In this document: piece after piece, positions 55,351 through 64,000 of the stretch | Position numbering within the stretch: position 1 is the first letter of the stretch | Layout of the letters: every line of letters starts with the position of its first letter | DNA from: Squalus acanthias | Taxonomy: Eukaryota | Direction: 5' to 3' | NCBI GenBank assembly: GCA_030390025.1 | Contig: CM059438.1 | Coordinates: 27,962,001 to 28,026,000, forward strand | DNA length: 64,000 nucleotides | The notes under the pieces: generated by a model | Told to the model about the DNA's origin: nothing | What the model saw: the letters and a program-made list of their open reading frames with translations, nothing else | Databases searched by the model: none | Made by a program: the position numbers and the translations under genes

Positions 55351-58300
55351 ACGGCAGTAGTGGTGCTACTGGAAAAATAATTATCAACTGATATAATGAG
55401 ACCCCAAGTACCAAGGGGGGGAAAAAACAGTTAAGAAATGGTAAAAAATGCATTTAATTTTATATTACTGTATCCTTTGCATGACCTCCATATACTTACC
55501 ACCACTTAGCAATCTTGAATGTCCATTTGAAATGGACATACTTTAAATCAGACAGCTTGCATGCTAGAACAATAGATTAAATTTTCCAGGCAACCTGCCC
55601 CCAAATTAGTATTAAAAGGAAATGGCTGGAGAGAATTGGTGTGAGACGCCTTGAAGGAGGAGATCTCATGCTTCTTGGGTTTGATATCTCATGGAGTATA
55701 ACTCAGGCGTTAGGTTTCCAAAGTGCTTAGGGGTGTGTTGACATGTTAAAACCTACCTGGAGTTAATTTAAGTGTTTAGAGAGTGCAGAGAAGAACCGGT
55801 GGCTGCAGTATAAATGCGGCAAAAGGCGCATTTTAAAGTATTGATGCTGTTTACAGTGATTTACATGCAGATAAATAGATGGTTAGGAGTTCACTATAAC
55901 ATTGTAACAGACTCATAAACAGAAGAAACATGATATGGAGCTGTGGGATACAATCTATAACGTACAAGTAGCTGATCTGATAACAAAGTCACAAGTGAGT
56001 TATGGTCAATGGCACAAGTGGGATATAGATTGTATCCCACAGATCCTCATCACAATTATTCTGTTTATTAGTTTGTTTCAGTGTTAAAACACGTGTAACC
56101 ACCTTTATACCACATGTCAAGTTAGTAATTAGAATGATAAAGGTTAGATATAAATTTCACTTTAAAAGAGAACAAAATTCTGCAGACTGTGGAGAAGTTC
56201 TAGTGTTGTCACTAATGGTTTAATTTCTCAATCATGATTTAATCTTGAAATACAAAAAATGTCACCGCATGCAGTATGAGGATGTATGGAATAAAAATAG
56301 GCATTTGCCTCAAGATGTCTGCTCCCTCAATGGAACCTATACAACTTATGCTCTTATGGACTCTCCTTAGTTTATTTAAGATGAGCAACCAAAAGTAAAA
56401 GTTCCAAGAGAAAACACAAGAATATTTTTCTTGGCTCTAGCAGGCAATCAAGTGAACAATGCAGCATATTGATTTTACATTGTGGAATCTTGACAAATTG
56501 CTTTCTACAGATGACATTCTCATGGCTTCAATCAAACTGAATCATAATGAAGACAAGATGCCTGTTCTTGGTATAGTTACTAGAAAAATCACTTGTCCCA
56601 AATAAAAGTTCCTTGTCCCAAATGCTATCAGAATTAGGTCAAACATGAGTTCACAGATTTGCATGTTACCATTTAGCCAATCTGTACTCCAGCAGTTTTA
56701 ATTTTGTTCCTTGCTGTACGTGAATCTAATCTACTCACCTTAGGAACATCCAGAAGTAGATTTGTACTTTTTCTTGCAAAGGTTTGCTCTTCCTAGACAG
56801 TCAGTTATTTTTTTTATCCTTGCTGACAATGAAAGCAGAAAGGAACTTTAAAGATTAGGCATAAAGACCTGTTCACTAGTATATTTGTATTGATGTAGAC
56901 TGATGTGAGACAGAGTATTACATGATATGGAAATAGTGCTCTAGTTTAACAAGAGGAGTCACTTCTCAATATGTTGATCTGAATTATTTTGATTTTGTCT
57001 AACCTCAGACTTAAAACTCCAAAATATTCAGATTGCTTGTTTAATGCTGCAGCAATAAATGAAAAAAACAACATATTATTTCCTTAGTATTATGCTAACT
57101 TTACTGTGTGTTTTAATGAAACAGGCAGTCTACAGTGCAGTCATTTTCATTTACTATTTCATGGCAACTGACCGTGATGGAGCATTCTGTTACTTCCCAC
57201 AATGTATCATGTGTCAAGCCACACACACAGACTATTGAATTAATATAGATTAATATACTTTGCTTAATGTTGTGTGCGACATGGTTGTCCTTCAATTATC
57301 TACCAGTTTACTTGTTAATCAGATATTTGAAGGATAGGGTTTTGTGCCCAGGAACGTACACAATGAAAATCAATCAAATGTTCCTCATGAGGTTTAATAT
57401 TTCCCTTTTGTGTTTGATTAGAATAAAAAAATACTTCTTGATCTCTGTAGTTTCTATGTTGGAAAATGTAAGTTATTAATATTAATGTGGCATATCTTTT
57501 GATATAATTATATTCATTGTGCAAAGTACTGCATAAATACCATACTCAAACTGTTTGATGCGCTCTGCATTTTTATTCGTAAGACTTTTCATTACAGCAT
57601 GCTATGATTTTTCGAGAGTTAGAAACGTGAGTGATTTTTGACTCTGTATATACACATCATTCTTATTAGCAAGCTATATACACCACATTTATCAAATTCC
57701 AAGATGATTATTTCTGATGCCTAAATTAGCAGAAGTGGCTGTTTTTCAGCAGTGCTTCTCAATTAATTGGAATTCTGTCCCTGTAAATAGGCTTATGCCA
57801 GTCAAAGGGTTAAAGTAATAAATGGTTGGTTTCTATAATATATCCTTATGATTTAAAATTTATATTATGTGCAAAGCAATAGACTTGAATGAGTTTTAAA
57901 TTTACTGTAATAAACATGGTCCTTTAAGACACATTTTCTGGTATTTCATCTTATATTACTTATAAAAATTAATTTTAACTACTTAATTCTTAATTATAAT
58001 AATAATTCTTAGGCCCCAAATCAGTAATCCTTATGTTATTACTATGTGTCATGTAATATAAGTCAAGCATGTCAGCTGTAGTCTCAGTGGTAGTAAAACC
58101 TGTTTAGAGCTGCATTAACATCAGTGGTAAATGATAGGCAAAGAAGACAATTCAAGTAAACATACATTGTAAGAGAAAGATCATGGCAAAGAAAACAAAC
58201 AAAAGATACTTTTGTACATACTCCTAGCTTTGTGAAATTTTAAAATAAAAATATGCATTTTTAATATTTTTCATGTTAATACTGTGGTTTGGTCAATATA

Positions 58301-58379
58301 TTTGAAAAGTGAACTTTAACCGTATCACACTATCAACACAGATGCAATCTTTATATTTCTAGAACTAGTTGCTTTCCCA

Positions 58380-59340
58380 TGGCATTGCTCGTGGGCACTT
58401 GCTGAGAGCAATGTTGGAATACTAGTCGTTGTTCTGCATGGGTAGGAAGAGAGGGAAGCTATGCCTTGGAATGGCTGCTGGGAGGGACTGATGGAGTGAC
58501 TGGACCGAGAGGGTGCCAGATGAAGATACATCATGGAGCAAGTCAGTTGTTCTATTTTTTATCAACCGAGAGAAGATATAACAAGGCCCATGCCTCCATC
58601 AGGACCACAATTAAAAATACTACAGTCATTTTGAAGCAACACTTCCAGTGTCTGGAAAGGTCAGGGGCATCCTGCCAAAGTCTCCCAAATAATGTAGTTT
58701 GCTACATTCTTCACAATCTCACGATGAAAGAAGTCATCATCTGCAGGAGCTGCAGCAGGAGACTGAAGAAGAGATATCTGATACCATTTAACACGGGCAA
58801 CACGGTGGCATAGTGGTTAGCACTGGTGCCTCACAGCGCCAGGGACCCGGGTTCGAATCTGGCCTCGGGTGACTGTCTGTGTGGAGTTTGCACATTCTCC
58901 CCGTGTCTGCGTGGGTTTCCTCCGGGTGCTCCGGTTTCCTCCCACAGTCCAAAAATGTGCGGGTTAGGTTGATTTGGCTATGATAAATTGACCCTTAGTG
59001 TTAGGGGGGGATTAAATATGTGGGGTTACGGGGATAGGATAGGAAGGGATATGTTAGGGGGAATTAAATACGTGGGGTTACGGGGATAGGGTGGGATATG
59101 TGTCGGTGCAGGCTCGATGGGGATTCTGTGTGAGAAAGCAGGGACAGGGTACTGGATTTGGAAGATCAGCCATGATCGTATTGAATGGTGGAGCAGGCTC
59201 GACGGGCCGAATGGCCTACTCCTGCTCCTAGTTTCTATGTTTCTATGTAACAGGAGACTCAGGGAGCAGAAGAGAAAAGCCCGTAGGCCCCTACAGCAGC
59301 TGGCAGACAAACTCAGAATGTCCTGATTGCAGCTTCCTCC
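58380..59340 (+). mobile_element. Harbinger (HARBI1-like DDE) transposase C-terminal remnant, interrupted by a SINE
   Basis: ORF 58466-58813 ERRYNKAHASIRTTIKNTTVILKQHFQCLERSG...VCYILHNL. Confidence 0.8.
58794..59247 (+). mobile_element. tRNA-derived V-SINE (HE1-like), full length
   Basis: A box TGGCATAGTGG, B box GGTTCGAATC, V-core, CR1-type tail (GTTTCTAT)2, TSD TAACA. Confidence 0.93.
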
Positions 59341-61119
59341 ACTCTCCATCAATAAATGTTAAACATCAGCAAACACTAATAACCCTCTACTTCAATCAGT
59401 GACACACAGTTCATCTTCTCTCATTACCTTGGCCTCATGAAACCTAACAGTTTACACTCCACAAAATGCCATTTATTTCCCAGCACTGCAGTATGTCTCT
59501 GTGCCTAGTTCCTGCTACCATGGTACTTCCCTTCCAAACAGTTGGTGAATGCTGTACTCACCTACCTATTCTGGTGCTTCTCAGTGAGACCTCTGTGGCA
59601 AGAGCCTGTATGGCAGTTGCCATCTGCCTCCATAAGACACGTCTGGGATTGAGTAGACACTTGGATCTCTGTCAAGGGCCTGCTTCAAGCTATGCCTGCT
59701 TTCTGTCTCCTGTGAAGTAATCAGATTGGTGTGGATGTGCGGTCATCTGGAGAAACAGCAATATCACCCATTGCTACCTCAGGACAGCCCTTCTGGAAGG
59801 CTCAACGTCACTGTGCCTGCTGATCTGAGGGTGGCCAGACACCATAACATTACTGAAGCCCCTATTGAAAGCTCTGTTCATTCAGTCAAACTGATCAAAT
59901 AACTTGTCTAATTTCAGTCAAAGGCCTGTTTGGCAGTAGTCTGAACACTCACGAGAAATGCAAAGATTTGTACTATAAGAGGTTCTGCTGTGCGGGGCTG
60001 GGCTGCAAATGGTCCTGGAGATGTCCCTGGCTCCAATGCTGCCTGCATGCTTTATGTCTTGCCTGAGCACCCCACAGTTGTGGATTGCAGAGTCTTCCAC
60101 TTTATCTGCCATGTGTCAGAGCTGCTAGGCACAGCCCCAAATGACTTGAACAGCCTCTTGTGCTCAGAAAGCATCCTCCTTTTAAAAGCTGAACCCTGGA
60201 AATCTAGATCCCTGGCCTCTCCAGCTGTGGACGGAGGCAATCTCACTCTCTGGTAAGGTGCTTTCTGTTCCTTTTTTTCCATTTCTACCTGTTCCTGCTC
60301 AGATATGCTCTGTGCATCTCCCAGTGTGCTTCCCTCCAACTGACTACCTAAATCCCCCAGGTGGATGGCTTTGTACTGGTGTTTGGGAGAGTGAGATGCA
60401 ATGATGTGGTGCCAAGTCAGATGCTTGGGAGAGACCCATTGGGATGTCTTCTTCCCTACCCAGGAAACAGAAAGAGTAAACCGTTGGTAAAGGAAAATTG
60501 GGACCTCTTATTTGAGACATGCCCAAAGCAAGCAGCTGGCATGATGATGCAGGTAACTGCTAGCTTGTGCTTCTTTGCTTGTAGGAGGATCAAGGATTGA
60601 TTGTGTGGGAAGTATCCTTGTGATACAAACCTTGTACTGGAACCTGACCTCCTACTTCCCCATCTCTGGCCTGCTCAGGGTATTCCCGTCCCTGTATTTG
60701 CAGCACCTTCTCCTCAAATGGGGTGGACTTGTGAACAGCAGGCCTCCTTCCAGTTACAGTGTGCTTCCTTCTTTTGTGCGCAGACTTTTGCTACAAAAGA
60801 AGAAGCAGGTTTAGAGAATGTGATAATATGGAGAAGCACACAAGAGCCACCTGCCCCCACACCCCAGTGGAATTTTCATACATCCTAAAAAAGGGACACA
60901 GACCTGGTGGAACCGGGTTCTGCTCCAAACTCCAGCGCTCCTGCCCGGCTACACCACTGCACCACCTTCCCGGGCTCAGGAATTTTGGGGCCCAGATATC
61001 TAACTCCAGCTGCAACACCTTCCCAACCATCTAGCTATGTATTTGTAGCTGTAAAATTGGTAAGGGATGAAAATTAAATATATAAGGTAAAAGAATACAT
61101 AAAATAAGCTATTCATTTA

Positions 61120-61493
61120 GGGGGAAAAATTTGGTTGATTTGCACCTCCCGTTAGCGCCCTGACGGGGCGCAAAGCAACTAGCGCCCGGGGGGCAATAAC
61201 CGCTAGCGCCCCGCGGCGCTGCGCCTCCAGCGATGATGTCCTCTTGAGTGCCGGGCTCTTTTGCTGGCACTCCGATCCCTGGTGGCCCAGCGTGGTGCTG
61301 CGGCATGTAGCGCTGCGAAATTCACTTGCAGCGGCCCAAGAGGGAGGCAGGGCGCTTCCAGTAGCGCCCCACCTCCCTCTTGGGGCGCTACCAGTGAATT
61401 TCAGGCGCGGGCGCGCTAATTTTTTCGGGGCGCTAAAAGTAGCGCCCAGGCGAAGTTAGCACCCCAAAAGGGGTGCGACCCAATTTTGCCCCC
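61120..61493. mobile_element. PIF/Harbinger-type MITE related to 9569-10290
   Basis: TIRs GGGGGAAAAATT / AATTTTGCCCCC, TSD TTA, and repeated TAGCGCCC motifs as in the 9.6 kb element. Confidence 0.9.
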
Positions 61494-61615
61494 TTATGGT
61501 TTTCACAGAATAATGGACAGTCGCGGAATTCATTCGCCAAAGCACCAGTAAAGATTAAAGATTACCATTTAATAAAAATGGAATTTGTCTGTAAATCAGT
61601 GGTCGTAATGTTATC

Positions 61616-62010
61616 CAACAACAACAACTTGCATTTATTAACATAGTAAAACGTCCCAAGGCGTTTCACAGGAGCGTTAGCAGACACAATTTGACACCGA
61701 GCCACATAAGAAGATATTAGGACAGGTGACCAAAAGCTTGTGAAATAGGTAGGTTTTAAGGAGCATCTTAAAGGAGAATAGAGATGTAGAGAGGTTTGAG
61801 AGGTTTAGGGAGGGAATTCCAGGACTTAGGGCCTAGGCAGCTGAAGGCACGGCCGCCAATGGTGGAACAATGAAATTCGGGGATGTACAAGAGGCCAGAA
61901 TTGGAGGAGTACAGAAATCTCGGAGGATTGTATTACTAGAGGAGGTTACAGAGATAGGGAGGGTGAGGCAATGGAAGGATTTTAACAGAAGGATGAGAAT
62001 TTTAAATTTG
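61616..62010 (-). mobile_element. L2 LINE 3' end
   Basis: (CAA)n plus CTTGCATTTA tail; minus translation LKFKILILLLKSFHCL. Confidence 0.85.
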
Positions 62011-62429
62011 AGCTGTGCCGGACTGCTACAGGGCATAAACACCCCTATTGTTATAAAATAGCACATCCTTCCATTTACCATATGCAAGGGCATGAGAGAT
62101 GTTTTAGTACTTAGTTGTTTTGGGCAATACGTTTTCAGTATTGTCTCCCACTGAGACTATCAGGTGGTCGGCTGGTGCACTCTTGTTGGCTGCCTGAAGT
62201 TTGCTTGGGGTAAAAATCAATCCCACTTTCCTGAAGTGTGGGCAATTACTACAGCAATACCATGCTGCAGCTAACAAAGTTAGGATGATGGGAATCATTT
62301 TGACTGGCCCCATAGTGCTGTATAAATTGGACAAGGAGCATCAATTCATGGGAGAGATAGAATCCTCAGTTTCAACAACACCTCAGGCAGTATATTCGCT
62401 CCCAGCAATTCCCAAAGACCTGTGTTTCA

Positions 62430-64000
62430 AAACAATGTAACGTTTACCTGGGTATGTCACAGGAGACCCGTCTTTGCCGCCTTCACTTCACTGCAGAGGC
62501 AGTGGCTGAGCTTTGCCATCTGTTGTACCATGACTTTCGAGACAATCTCAACAATTGGAACGGCTCTTCACATAACTGTCAAGGTTATGACTGCATTAAA
62601 CTTCTATGCCACAGGAATCTTCCAGGTCACCACAGGGGACATCTGCCAGATAAGTTAGTCTGCAGTCACATCTGCATAAAACAAATGACTGATGCCATGT
62701 TTGCCAGCGGAAACATCTTTATCACTTTCCCAGGGAATAGAACACATTGCTTGTTTGACATCAAGTCCTGGATAGGTCAAAATGTCCTACAGCTCAACAC
62801 CGGGAAAAGCAAAGACATCATCTTCGGTCTGTGTCACAAACTCCACTCCCTTGGCACTGATTCCATGCCCTTCCCCAGTCACTCTCTCTTTCGAGCTGGA
62901 CACATACAGTTTGTAATCTTGACATCCTGTTCGACCCTGAGCTGAGCTTGAAACCCCACCTCCTATCCATTACCAAGGTTGCTTATTTTCTCCTCCGTGG
63001 CATTGCCTGCCTCCACCCCTACCTCCACTGAAAGCCTTATACATATCTTTGGCACCTCAAGACTCAACTATGTTAATATCTCTCCTTGTTGGCGTCCAAT
63101 CCTTTATCCTCAATAAACTTCAACTCTTCCAAAACTCTGCTATATGTATCCTGTCCTACACTAATTCCTACTTTCCCATCACCCTGTCCTTGCTGACCTA
63201 TTTTGTCAGTCCAACCCATAACACGTGAAATTCAAAATCCTGTCCTCATCTGTAAATCCCTCGATGGCCAACCCTACCTTTGCAATGTTCTCCAGCCCTA
63301 GATCCCCTCCCGAATGCTGTATTCCTCTGACTCCAGCCTTATGTGCATTCCCTCCTCTCTTTGCCCACCATTGGTGACAGAGCCTTTAGCTGCCTCAGTC
63401 CTACTCTGTGGAACTCCCCACGTAAAACCTCTCCAGCTCTCCACCTACCTCTCCGCTTTTAAACACCTCCTTAAATCCCATCTCTTCAACCAATCTTATG
63501 GTTGCCCCTCCTAATCTCTCCATTCCTGGTTTGGCACCCATTTTCTTCCAACTGTTCTGAAGTGCCTTGCGACACTTCTTTACATTAAAGCCACTATATA
63601 AATCCAAGTTGATGCTTTTGTCCATTATCTAGGGAGTACTCATGATGCTGTCACTGTGTGGCAGTCCAGAGTGCATACATTACTTGAAGGTGCAGAATGA
63701 ATGAATGGCTGTTGGGAGACCAGGACTACCCTTTGCGGCCATGCCCGATGACCCCAATTAGAGACCCCCATACAGCAGCAGGAAAAAATACAACAAGGTC
63801 CATGCCACCATCTGAGCTAATATTAAATACAGCATAAGGACACTTAAGCAACAATTCTGTAGGGTGCTGCTCTACAGTCCAATCAATTGTTATTATTGTC
63901 TGCTGCATGTTCCACAATTTTGCTGTCCAACAAGGAGTATGCATGCAGCAGGATGATAAGAGCCATGGGGCTGCAGGCCTATAGGAAGAGGATGAGGAAG
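62430..64000 (+). mobile_element. Harbinger (HARBI1-like) transposase pseudogene interrupted by an L2
   Basis: RLHFTAEAVAELCHLL and VKVMTALNFYATGIFQVTTGDICQIS at 62454-62658. After the L2, GWLLGDQDYPLRP..MTP and IIVCCMFHNFA at ~63706-63925. Confidence 0.85.
62740..63615 (+). mobile_element. L2 LINE 3' fragment
   Basis: CLFDIKSWIGQNVLQLNTGKSKDIIFG, PITPVLADL and FKHLLKSHLFNQ; tail CTATATAAATCCAAGT. Confidence 0.88.

Noticed and set aside
58794-58870. tRNA gene (also at ~33830-33896, ~43712 and ~2910-2981)
   Set aside because: The A/B boxes belong to SINE or retroelement heads followed by core and tail sequences, not standalone tRNAs.
61150-61460. Iterated TAGCGCCC motifs as a CRISPR-like array
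   Set aside because: Short, irregularly spaced, in both orientations and inside a MITE; no cas genes.

Overview
Vertebrate genomic DNA, most likely from a cartilaginous fish, inferred from the V-SINE/HE1-like, Deu-SINE/SacSINE1-like, CR1, L2 and Harbinger repeats. The main feature is the 5' half of an EBF3 (COE family) transcription factor gene on the minus strand. Coding exons 1-6 lie between 21900 and 15669 (134, 157, 64, 56, 74 and 69 nt, all GT-AG) and encode [23 protein letters not shown]...[28 protein letters not shown]. Bases 1-15668 are part of the long intron 6; I found no exon 7 in the window. The promoter sits in a ~14 kb CpG-retaining domain within a ~23 kb stretch lacking recognisable young transposons. 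Upstream of ~33.4 kb the DNA is repeat-rich, with nested SINEs/LINEs, Harbinger relics and MITEs, and a near-identical 2.13 kb tandem duplication. Most ORFs in the supplied track are spurious or TE remnants. I see no convincing wholly new biological system. The best leads are a LINE with a tRNA/Pol III-type head, a candidate distal EBF3 promoter, a divergent exon/small ORF at the promoter, and an upstream enhancer candidate carrying a perfect DR5 element.
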